NCBI GenBank assembly: GCA_002633005.1
Contig: NMRA01000587.1
Span: 199,222-262,519, forward strand
DNA length: 63,298 nt
Source: Phoronis australis
Taxonomy: Eukaryota; Animalia; Phoronida
Direction of reading: 5' to 3'
Below the pieces are notes generated by a model that was not told the origin of the DNA, made no database searches, and worked only from the letters and a program-made list of their open reading frames with translations. The position numbers and the translations under genes were made by a program. This document shows, piece after piece, positions 1 to 11,300 of this stretch; position 1 is the first letter of the stretch; every line of letters begins with the position of its first letter.

Positions 1-340
1 GCAGACCCGATTTCAAGTGTCTGATTCAGACAACCGGCAACTATAAGTAATGCCGCTCCCGGTCGATATGCGCGTGATATCCCAGGCGACCGGCAGTCGC
101 GCTGCGTAGTGTTGAATTACAATCCATGGTACTACTACTTCGATTCCGTCTGCTCCACTGTACAATGAAGAAAATTACTTCATTTTTTCAAAGAAAATGG
201 AAGCTGAATGACGTTGAAGAAACAGAAGGTTACACAAAATATAAAACGTGCAATAAACATTACAGAAAGGAGCTGGTTCGCGCAAACGGTGTGGATCATA
301 AACAACGAAGTATGTCTCTAAGCATTGTGTTTTTGTTGGA

Positions 341-405
341 AGCATGGTGGCGCAATGGAAGAGTGCGCTCTGTGATCAAGAGGTCATGAGTTCGAATTCA
401 TTCTA
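341..405 (+). mobile_element. tRNA-derived SINE head or degenerate tRNA pseudogene
   Basis: A-box-like TGGCGCAATGG and B-box-like AGTTCGAATTC at tRNA spacing; no intact acceptor stem. Confidence 0.5.
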
Positions 406-1657
406 TTCAGGATTTTCCGTTTATACTGAAGTCACAAGCGGTGATACCGCAGTTAAACTGTTTAATTGCTTAAAACAAGAATTTTTAATTTGTTTATTAA
501 AAAAATCTTCTTTGAGTAGGTGATGATAATACTCAAAGTGTCATATATGAATAAGTCATTGGAGTATGGTTCATGATCACATAAATTATGTCCCTGCATG
601 CGAATCGGTTCGTCATCGAGTCAAAAAAGATACGTAAAGCAGGTGAAAGTCTAGAATCAAGGGCGTTTTTTAGACCGGGCAACTTGTCGAGTTGTCGCAA
701 ATATCGACCGGCCAAGGAAACGGATGATTATACTCCAGAAATCAAGGAAAATGCTTGTTTTCAGAAGCAAAAACAAATTTAACCTGGGCAACCTCTCCCA
801 TTCGTCGCCACGAGCCTTTACTTTCAATGGTGATCTACGCGCGATAGTCCACGAGACAAAATGTTGCCCCTCCCCCTTATGACATCCTAATTCCGTCACA
901 GTCCAGACAAATGGAAGACCCGGCTAGTATAGAGTGTTTGCACTTACGTCATCAGTAATCAGAAATGAGTCATGTTGGAGGACAAGCGGTGAGCAATGGT
1001 TGCAAAACAAGTAATCGCAAGTTGTTATCTGCTGGAGAGCAGCTCAAAACTGCAAAAAAAATCTTTTATCGCAGGAACACAGTAGACCCCTCGACATTCC
1101 GACTCGAAAACGGGGAAAATCGGGACGGGGAACATAGAAACATGGGATAATGGAACCGGGTAACGCATTGTTTTGGGATCGGTCCTTGCCGTGCGGCTCA
1201 ACGTCTTGTTTAATCCACGTGACAAGCTGTGACATAAAACTCACATTAATATGTCCAAAAACACTGAGCATCCTAATTCCAAAAGTTTCCATGGACTTCA
1301 ATTACTACATTTTCGTAATCGCAACAATGGCGGCGTGGCTGGGGGATGCAGTGACATTTACAAAAATGTGATCAACTAATTTGCAGATAAAGGCTTTCTG
1401 ATAGATAAAAATGAGCAAACATCTATTGTGTAAGTTAGATATGTACTGCGGATATGTTGCAGTGTAGGACTTTCCTTAGTAGTTTGTAGATATTCTCATT
1501 TCGTCAGAAAGTAAAAATTAGGGATACTGATGCTTGTGATACATGCAGTATATGTGTTACCGTAAAAAAGAAACTTTGGAACACATTTTCTCGTTTGCTA
1601 TGTTACTAAAGAAAGTAGACTCTTGTAAAATAATGAGCCGCCTTTCGGACATAAAAA

Positions 1658-1816
1658 CATGGGCGGCGCACCATAGGAGGCTAGGGGGGGGGGGGNGGAG
1701 CTATAGTCCCCCCCCACTTGTTTCAGTGCTGCGCCGCCCATGGTCTATAGGCGGTACACCTAAGGGGGTCTGGGAGGCTTTAGCAACCCACTTTTTTCAG
1801 TGCTGCGCCTCCCATG
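1658..1816. mobile_element. Mini inverted-repeat element, CATGGGCGGCGCA family, dimeric copy
   Basis: TIRs CATGGGCGGCGCA...TGCGCCTCCCATG; two tandem units of about 75 bp; related copies at 6069, 51895 and 57658. Confidence 0.75.
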
Positions 1817-1994
1817 TAAAAGGTTCGTTTGTGGAGGTTGTAGTACAGCAACTTGACCGAGAACGTCTCTGTATTCAAATTTTTCTAAATATGTGAAAGT
1901 TGGCATCGCTTTCTGCGCCCTACAAGAGTGTGGAATGTCAGTGTGGAACATACGACTCAGGCGGGAGCCACACTTTATTCGGCACATTTCAAGG

Positions 1995-2366
1995 CATATG
2001 CGTATTTAGGGGGGCCCAGGGGACCCGGGCTCCCCACCCCCCCACCCCCTTGACTGCCGTAAGGAAAATGAAGCAGCAAACAGCAACAGCGTGAAGTGTG
2101 AGGAAATATTGAGTCCAGCAACTAGAACGGCAGTGGATGAGGCTCAGACCCCAGACGCCGCGGCGGAATTGTTTTTTCGCTTTTTTCTTTTTTTTCATGT
2201 TTTTAGTCCTCCGATTGACTTTCTAAACAGAAGGCGCACTTCCCCAGTCCCGCAACTTTCAGGTCGGCAGTACACACTGCAATCGCGCTTGCCCAATTCC
2301 CCGAGGCAACATGTTGGGCACCCCCCCCCTTATGTTATCCTAGATGTTATCCTAGATCCACCACTG
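1995..2366. mobile_element. Non-autonomous DNA transposon (MITE) with 5-bp TSD CAAGG
   Basis: Ends CATATGCGTATTTAGG...CCTAGATCCACCACTG; CAAGG at 1990-1994 and 2367-2371; homologous to 3304-3581. Confidence 0.75.
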
Positions 2367-3303
2367 CAAGGAATCGTGTTTCGACCAAACACAAAGGCGG
2401 TATAACGATGAATGACTCGCCCCTTGTAAGTGTATTTGCAAATTTTATAAATAACGAATAAACTGTTGCTTGGCGAGTGATGCCATGAAGGTCGCCCTCG
2501 ACCCCAGGCCGGCCCAGATCGAGTGCTACTACACGAAGGCAATAGTGAATACGAGTGACCCAGGTTTACTGTGGCCTTTGTCAGTGATATTAAGTGTCCA
2601 GTTTGTGAATATTTACCACCCCTTGGTCCAGTTGGTTGTGGCTCACATACGTTTGCGGCATTTCTCGTGCATGAAGTGGGTCGAGTGTCATGCGGCCTCA
2701 AAGCCGACCGGACGGCGACGAAAGTTCGCCAAGTGGGAAATCGAATTCTGGTTCTTCAAGTACTTGAGTGTGATGCCCGTATCCACTCTCCTCTCTGTCT
2801 GCATAATTATTGTCCAGTTCTTGCTCAAAATCGTCCTCGTCTTCTGATCTGCTTTGTTCCGCCATTGCAATTGAATGTCACTCAAACGTCTGACCCATTA
2901 CAAAATTTGGCGGGAAACTTGGAAATAACTATTTTTTCTTCAAAATTTAAAAAAAAATATTTTAACTATTTGCCATCTGAAGTGTTTATTTAGTTATACT
3001 TTATGGTAATCATTTTGTATTAGCTAACTGAAACCTCAAAAACTGAGAAAGTGCATGGTGTGACTTTGCTATAACCAGCTTTGTATGGGAAGCGTACTTT
3101 ATTATGCAATTAATGTAACCAATGAACGAATGAATGATTGCCAGGTTCTGCAATGTGATTGGTTTCCTGTTATTTCCCGAGTTCTATGTTATTTCGACTT
3201 CTGTGCTTTTTGAAAGGCTATATCATTAAAAAAAAACACGGTAAACTACTTAAAAAGTTGATTCCATCATAGGTTCACAAATGCCATCGACTGCGTTCCA
3301 TTT

Positions 3304-3581
3304 CATAGGCGGATTTAGGGGGGGGCCCTTGGCTGCCGCAAAAAAAATAAAACAGTAAGAGCGTAGGGAAACGGTGAGTTTATTAATTAACCCCGGTAAT
3401 TACAATTATACGGATGAAAAAAAGATTTCANAGGAAAATGCTTGATTTTTAGAGGTAAAAACAGAAAAATTTCCCCCCATTCGGTGCTATGCGCATCTAC
3501 AATCGTGGTTCAGTTTGCGCAAATGCTTACAGCCAGACAAAATGTTGGGCTCCCCCTTGTGATATCCTAGATCCGCCACTG
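3304..3581. mobile_element. Non-autonomous DNA transposon (MITE) with 5-bp TSD CATTT
   Basis: Ends CATAGGCGGATTTAGG...CCTAGATCCGCCACTG; CATTT on both sides; a degenerate third copy lies at about 715-901. Confidence 0.8.
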
Positions 3582-6068
3582 CATTTAACTGCTAATTTCT
3601 CTCCATTTATTCACAAACAACTATTACGTTACAATTTTAAGATTCCAGAACAAGCTAAAAAGAAATGATATGCTGCTCGAACGGCGATTGAGGTTTTTAT
3701 GTGTTTGTTTTGAATACAAGCATAAACATTTCATTGTGACCTTCTGATCCTGAGTGTCGCTTTCTCATACGATGCTGCACGTGCACAAGGCCACAGTGTC
3801 GTGGAGTGTTTTAATTTTTGAGAACACAGAAACAAAACAGCAATTGTTTACGTTTCACAAGTTCACCAGTAAACACAATTTTTCATTTTTTGACATTTGG
3901 TCGTGTGATTGATGGCCCTTAACGTAAATGGTCGGTTGTTCGATTTCACAAAAAAACGGTGAGGAAAAGCAAAGCGATTGATTCCGATCTTTGGAGCCTC
4001 CCATAGTAAGTGGCCATAAAGAAAAATGGATTTAGGCCTACATGAGAACAAGGAGGAAAGGGGCAATCACGGACTCTATCTGTGGCCCCCTTCCCAGATC
4101 TGGGCGTCAAATCACATAAGATCAAAAACGAAAGTAGATGACTCCGTTATCCTTTTCCAAGAAAGATCTCTTCAACTGTTCGGTGCTATGGTTTCACCCA
4201 CTCACAACTTCAAATCATCGCATTATGCCGCCAATTTCATGAATGGGAGCGCGTTCGCCGCCCCCCCCCCTTTCCTGTCGGCCTCTGATGATTGCACTTG
4301 CTAAAGGTGGTGCACGAGTAGGTATATGTACCGTAAGCTAAACGGTACGTTGGTCTTCACGGCATGATTCCGTGCAAAGGGTGCTCAGGAGTTTTCCGAA
4401 ATCATGAGTTGTCCTGTCAGGGTAAACATTATGGGGCCAAATCACTGACGAATAGCCAGTGTATGAGAGCTGCCTCATGTAGCTGAGATCTGCCAGTATG
4501 AAAATACGAATTCCATGAACTAGGTTGGGCGCTGGCTTGAGACGAGCAGCTTAGGTAGTAAATATTCATCGGCGCTGGCTCTACGTTCAAGATTAGTTTA
4601 TTATGATGCAGTTTGGAAATTTCGTTTTATTAGGATCACACATTTGAACTTTTTTTTGAAAGGGCGACGTCTGGAGGTCCCTGGTATAGTGTCTCTATGA
4701 TCGTTGTTTCAATATCCGTTGTTGAAAAACGGTTACATGCGCGCACCCAGCCTTCAATATGGGGGAGCTCGAATTCCTGACAATGTGGACCTTTTACTAA
4801 CAAAAAAGTGGGAGGTACCACGTTCAGAGCTGTGAATTGTGCGTTTGCGCCTTTTTAGTGGACTTTTGTCTCGCTTTCACGGACTTTTTGTTTCTCTGGA
4901 AAGGACTTTTTGTTTCTCTGGAACGGACTTTTTTTGCCCACTTCGCCAAATGGGGGGGGGGGATAGAAGGAGTTAATCCAGTTTCTGGTTGCTGGAGAAA
5001 ATGAGCTAGACTGTCCCAAAAATCCACTGACACCGGGGATTCAAATTCAGTTCCCGTGGATCACTGACACTCTGCGCCAGACCTACTGTATGGTTACACT
5101 CTACTTTGATCGTCGGTGCGTCAGTTTTCACGGCAATGGCGAACAAACGATTCAGGTTTGAAGCACGTAAATACTACTGTTAACTAAAAACATCAAGGAG
5201 AAGCAATGACAATTAATGTTTCCAAGTTAATGAGCAATGCGTTTAATTTGATTTATGCATATTTAAAGGCTTAAATTTTTTCGACATCTGGTTTGTGAAT
5301 TTAAACCGCTAATCTTGTCCCTAAGTAAATAATTATTTCTTTTATTGTCATTTGAATTGTGAGAACATTTTGGGACACTTTGTAGAGCTGTCCGACATTC
5401 ATCAACATCCTTGAGACATATTTTAGTTAAGCTAAGTTCGTTTAGTGTTCTTTGCTATTTGGGGATCGGACGATAGATGGATTTTCCCAATACCAACCTG
5501 CAGCTAAGTTCACTGAAACATCGTCAGTTACTTACAAAACTGTCACAAAAATTATCTGTCAATCAGTCGATTTTCATAGATGCATAAACGTGTAAATCAG
5601 AAATCAAAAAATTCATTGTTCATCATTATACAATAAGCAATTCCCGAAGACATGCTCAAATACATTCGATGGGCAACTTGGGAGAACATGGGAGACGGGG
5701 CACCCGCGGGGTTTGGGTGCCCCCCCCCCCCCCCAATAAGTATTAAGAATTTAGTCGATGTTCACGTGACTGTATTTTTGTTTATTTCGGAGATACCTAT
5801 TACTTATTAAACTTGAACTCTAGAAAATAAACGCTCAAATCGTTGTTAATGACTGCGCGTACTCTGAGAACCCCCACCTTCCTTAGACATGTACATGTTC
5901 ACAAAAATCGTACCCCGACAGCCTTTTGGACGTGTGCGCATTCCTTACAAAGAACTCCTGTATAACAACGATCTTCAAAAGAAATACTATTCTTGTTATA
6001 CTATGGGAAAAAGTAACATTATTTTATAAAACCGTCGGAAATTCAGTGTCATTTTGTGTAATCACGAA

Positions 6069-6138
6069 CATGGGCGGCGCAACACTGAAGTAAGTGCTGG
6101 GTATAGTTCCTCCAGCCCCCTATGGTGCGCCACCCATG
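6069..6138. mobile_element. Monomeric 70-bp copy of the CATGGGCGGCGCA element
   Basis: CATGGGCGGCGCA...TGCGCCACCCATG; internal part in opposite orientation to the 1658 copy. Confidence 0.7.
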
Positions 6139-8209
6139 ACAAATGGTGGTCTCAGTCCCGTTCTTCAAATCTCCACCCTTTCGATGGCGGTCAATCCTAT
6201 TGTCTTTTTCATATTTTTTGATGTTCGTAAAGAATGCTCGATACTGCTGTGCTGTGCACGAATGTTTTGTGTTTGATGAACTTGCAATTTCAGCTCATTC
6301 CCACGTGAATACTTGGCATTGTCAAATTTAAATGTATAGCGAGAGAGACAGAGGGACAATACCCCAAACCGCCCCACCCAGAGAAGGATCCTTCTGACAG
6401 GGGATCCCTTAGATGAAAGACTAAATATCATTAAGGACAGGAAAGATTTTTAAAAGCTAATGCCATCGTCGAGTGACCCTGCAAGCAGTGAACTGCCTCA
6501 ACATGATAAGTTGGGTCCGTGAGCAACCCCTTAAGAATTTGTCAATAAAAGCATGAAAAGCGTGGCTACTTGAATGTCATTAACCCCCCCCCAGCCCCCC
6601 TTCAAAGGCTGAGACCCCAAATGTGAAAAGATCTATAATCTCAAAAAACAAAACAAAACAGGAAATATGCAGCAACGGATGCCATCTGCACGTCATCAAT
6701 TTGCCTCACTGAACTGATATACAACTTCGAGTGGGGCCTCTGGAAAAATAGTTTTGCATTCGCAAAATTTGTGCTTTGCAATTTTTTTCGATTTTTTAAA
6801 ATACATATGCGAATGATTAAGTGCACGTTTTTAGGCGACCTATGCCGCAAAAATGGACCCCTCTAACAACAATGTCCTGGTCAAGGCCCTCAAAGTTGTC
6901 AATTGTTCTGTTGAATTTTCTCTCTTCTCCTTGTTTCGAAATCTTTATTTTCACGACTGCCCCGGCCCCAGGCCTTTGTCGGTTGCCAAGGTTTGACCCC
7001 TGACGCCCCGCCTGCCAATTATTGGCCGGGGGGGGGGGATTCCTACGGCCATGAAAGGTTGGGTTTTCCTAGTATCAGTCCTTGCCTTTTCCAAAATTAC
7101 GGTGTTTCCGCGTTTCATCGAAGGTCTTCATGGGTACCTGGTTTTTCAATTCCTTTTATTTGTGGTCGTCCCGTATTTTCTAGCTAAGTCCGATCTAGCA
7201 GCCCCCCGAAAATTATCACATGGTGTGATCTGACGCCGCTATACACCCGAGGGCCTACACAACTTGATCAAACTGATCCACGGCTGACAACCTGACCCCC
7301 TGTCTCGGCCTGCCAGTAATTTGCGCGGTTTGCTGCGCTGCATGACCGGCTTTAGTACTGGGTCTCGACACAGTGTACCAATAACAAATGATTTTTCCTT
7401 GCAGCATATTCGGCTACCACATATCCTGGAGCAGCCGGGGTGAGTTACGATTGTATACGGTATTTGTTTATTTGGGTTGGGAGTTGTTACAAATCCCGTT
7501 AATGCCTGCGGTAGCGTGATCCAAAATTTGGCTCACCCGCAAATACAATCCATGAATCGTACTTGTACGTATAGTATACGTGTATTATAGGACTGTCAAA
7601 ACGAGAATTTTCGCTTCATTTGAGAGGATAATTCGCTGAATTATAGTCTGAAAGAGTGATTTTACTCTTACGTTTGTAATTTTGGAGCGTCTGAAATGTG
7701 AAGTCCCAGAACCTCGAGTGCATTATGCGAAGGGCACGAGAACTAAGCTGTCGTTGTCTCAGTAGACACAGAACTACACCGGGTGGACGGGATGTGTTGG
7801 CAAATGAGTTAATAAAAAACAGCCCTGCGTATATCCGGACAAAGTCAAGTAAGGAATTTGTCGTAAGAAATTTAGTTATTGTTTGTTATTCTGTCAGAAT
7901 TTAGTTGCGAATTAAATTTTTGTAGATCTAGACTACACTATTTACGAACGAAATGGAAAGTTACTTGACCTGATTCGTAGGACAAGCGTTTCGCGAACCA
8001 GACGGAGAAGACCGCTTGTTAAATCAGTTGATTGCTGTTGGCCCCCAAGTTCTCAAAGCGAACTTCTGGACATGTGAAGAAATCGTGTATGTAAATCTGT
8101 TACGTGTTTGTTTCAAGGTTTCCCAATCGACTGAACAAAATCAGAAATCTGACGACGAACTGAGGTTCCAGTTCCGTGGCTGGAAGACAACCGCCAGACA
8201 CCAGACAGA

Positions 8210-8342
8210 ATGAAACTCATTTTCTGCCTGATTCCCATGCTCGTCGACCTCAGTCGGGGAAAAGAGGATGAAAAAAGAGTAGGATCTAAGCTTATACCTC
8301 ACCGAACATCTAATGATATATACATGGATCCATGCAAAGCTG
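8210..8342 (+). CDS. BMP1: BMP1/tolloid exon 1: signal peptide and start of prodomain
   Basis: [44 protein letters not shown], donor G|GTATGT at 8343; the DPCKA motif continues in exon 2. Not in the ORF track. Confidence 0.88.
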
Positions 8343-11300
8343 GTATGTATGCTGTTTTTGAACTTTTTTATTAGCAGTTCAGTGAACATGGTTGGGGGAT
8401 ACTGATATGTTTGGGAGGTCCAGCTAGAAAAATAGGAGTCCCACGTTTTAGAGAGTGGACTCGAAAATCCTGACTGCAAGGTTGAACACAGTTTAGTCCT
8501 TGGAACTCCCTGCTCACTAGTCCTGGGACTACAGTTGGAATAATATTGTTTAGTGAGTGTACTTTCATCATCATTGCAAATGACCAAACCTTTACCAATG
8601 TTGGTTATTTAGTGTGACCGTCAACATTTTTCAGTTGCAGAATCCTGCATGAGAATTGATTTGCATTCTACACTTGATGCTCAAATAGTGTCAGACAAAA
8701 CTGCGTTCACCGGTAGGCTATTTACCAGCAATTGTTTCTGGCCTCTCTACTTTTGTGTTCAGCATTTAACTGGAATGATTAATCTGAGGGCAACAGAAAC
8801 TTAGTTGGGATCATCTGCTGTTATGGTATTTTTACCGTCATTTGGCGACATGGCGATAAAGCTCTGGAAAGTGCTACGCGTTCCAACTACGTGTGGGGAC
8901 TGGGATCATGAGGTAAGATTAAACGCCCACCCTGGTTGTCTGTCTTAATAATCACCCATGTTCGGTTAATCACCCCACCCGAGATTTATTGAAATTTCAC
9001 GTTAAAGCGCCCATGTCGGGTTAACCGCCCACCTCCGATTTTTTGGATTCGCCAATTTAACCGCCCAAGGTTTACGGTACTTCTCCAGGATTTCAATACT
9101 TTATGAGAATTCAGACACTGATTGAAAATTTGTTTGGAGTGCAGAAGTTGGTGACAGGTGCCCTCCAGGTAAAGGCAATGGTGTAAATTTTGGTTAAATT
9201 ACGAATTTTGCAGTATAAAAATAAACTTATAACCAATTGGGGGTAATCTTGATCAACAGTTGCCAGGGTACTGTTGGCTATAAATGATTAAACTTATAGA
9301 AACAATAAAATCCCTTTTTGCTCTTTCTTTAATCTTGATCAACAGTTGCCAGGGTACTGTTGGCTATAAATGATTAAAATTATAGAAACAATAAAATCCC
9401 TTTTTGCTCTTTCTTTAAAGAGGCTTGGAATGCGAAAGCTCCTCAAAAATACCTTTTAAACAATTACTGACGAAATACTATCTTGCAATGTCTAGTACAG
9501 AGTAATCCCTTTCCCCTGTGAGGAAATTTCCAGAAAAAATCACACAATTTTATGATTTTTGAAAACGTGCGAAGAAAAAACTGTGTGGTTACCACAGAGT
9601 TTCTAATCTCCCTCTTACTTATGATATATGGGAGCATGCACTCACAGTCAGGTGCTTGAAGTCAAAGGTCACATTTCCCATATCTTGCCAAACCAAATAT
9701 GGAGACGTGCTTTTCCTTGTGGGAGAAGAATCGACGAAGTGTTGAACAGTTAACTAAAACTAAAAGAAAATGCTTTGATATGAAAAGAAATTAAAAATCT
9801 TTTTGAACAAACCCTAAAAATACTTGGTGAGCTGGTTGAATTCTGTTTTAATGGCAGAGAACCACCTTGGATATTGCATTATAGGGTGTTTACCACGCTC
9901 AGGCCTCTTTATGAACTTTTTTTTGAAAATCCGTTATCTGATGCCCTCAACCCTGCAAAATATAAACGTAAAGTTCAGATCTGTAAATATCATAAATTTT
10001 ACACAGTTTAGGACACATTATGAGGGGTTAGAAGAATGTTAATTTTTTTCTTAAATTTTTCATCAACCATAATAACTTATTGTATACAAGCTTGTACCAA
10101 ATGCTACCATCAGAGAAATATTTTTGAAAAGGCATTTATAAAAAAGGGTATTGAAACACGAAAAATTGACTTCCTGTTTTTAGGTCTACACAGACATTCT
10201 TCCTTAAAAATGATGACTTGATACATCTACCATGTATATTAAGAAATAGATCATTAATAGTCCTAGCGGGCAGTTGTGAGTTGTCTTCAGCCACTTTTGG
10301 TGAGAATTTATTATGCTGCGTCACAGTTTTTTTTGACAGAAAATGTTATGAACGCCACTAGGCAAATCTTATACCTCGTTCACAAATTGGCTTTCGCCAA
10401 ATAGCAAAAGTGCTAGTCATTTGAATGATTATAATGTCTTTTTGCTAACGCTTTGCTGGGGGTTTCAGTTAGCCCAAGAATTGTGGTGTTTTTTTTTTTC
10501 GCTGGCACTTTTGTAGTTGGACTACGTACTTCAAAGGATGTACATGTACATGGGTAGGGGTAAGAGGCCTTTGTTTACTGTTGCATTAGTCAATTTATAA
10601 ACAGACTGAGTGTGTTTTGACATCAAATTTTGCTTAAAAGTAATTCCAATGGAGAGGAAGCAAAATGACCCCTTGGTGGACAGATCGCCTGTCTGGCTAA
10701 AATGCTAAGGTTTTCGCAGACTTGGGTTTTAGCCAGTGAAACTGCTGGCATTTTCACAAAGCAATAGGTCCAGATTGTTTGTATGAACTGGGTGAATGCA
10801 CCTTTACACACTGATTTTCACTTTGTCCAAGTGTTGAACTCCAGTTGTTTATGTTCAAATTTCCCTTAGTGTTTTTCATTACCCAGTTGGTAATTAGTGA
10901 AAAAGGTTTACTAGTGGTATTAGGTAATTACTGCCACAAGCAGGTTAGTGACTCTTAACCCACTGCAGTACTCTGGGTTGGTCATCCAGATGTATTGTTG
11001 AGATACAATTGATTTGAAGAAGTTATATCCTGCCTTATTTCAGAGAATATCTTGGAAAGAATGTGCTGATATATTGGGTACCATACTGGTTGAATGTGCT
11101 GGCGTATTGGGTTGAACTTGAGATGAATGTAGTGATATGAATATATGGTACTGGTTGAGATGAATGTAGTGATATAAATATGTGGTACTGGTTCAGATGA
11201 ATGTTTTAATATAAAATAAGGTACTGGTTGAGATGAAATGGGTACTGGTTGAGATGAATGTGCTGATATATTAGGTACTGGTTGAGATGAATGCTCTGAT

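Noticed and set aside
341-405. Functional tRNA gene
   Set aside because: A and B boxes are present but the acceptor and anticodon stems do not pair; the same holds at 31547.
965-1150. ORF with faint resemblance to a THAP N-terminus (GCKTSN...IFYR)
   Set aside because: The first Cys and the downstream W and CxxHF motifs are absent; at most a decayed transposon piece.
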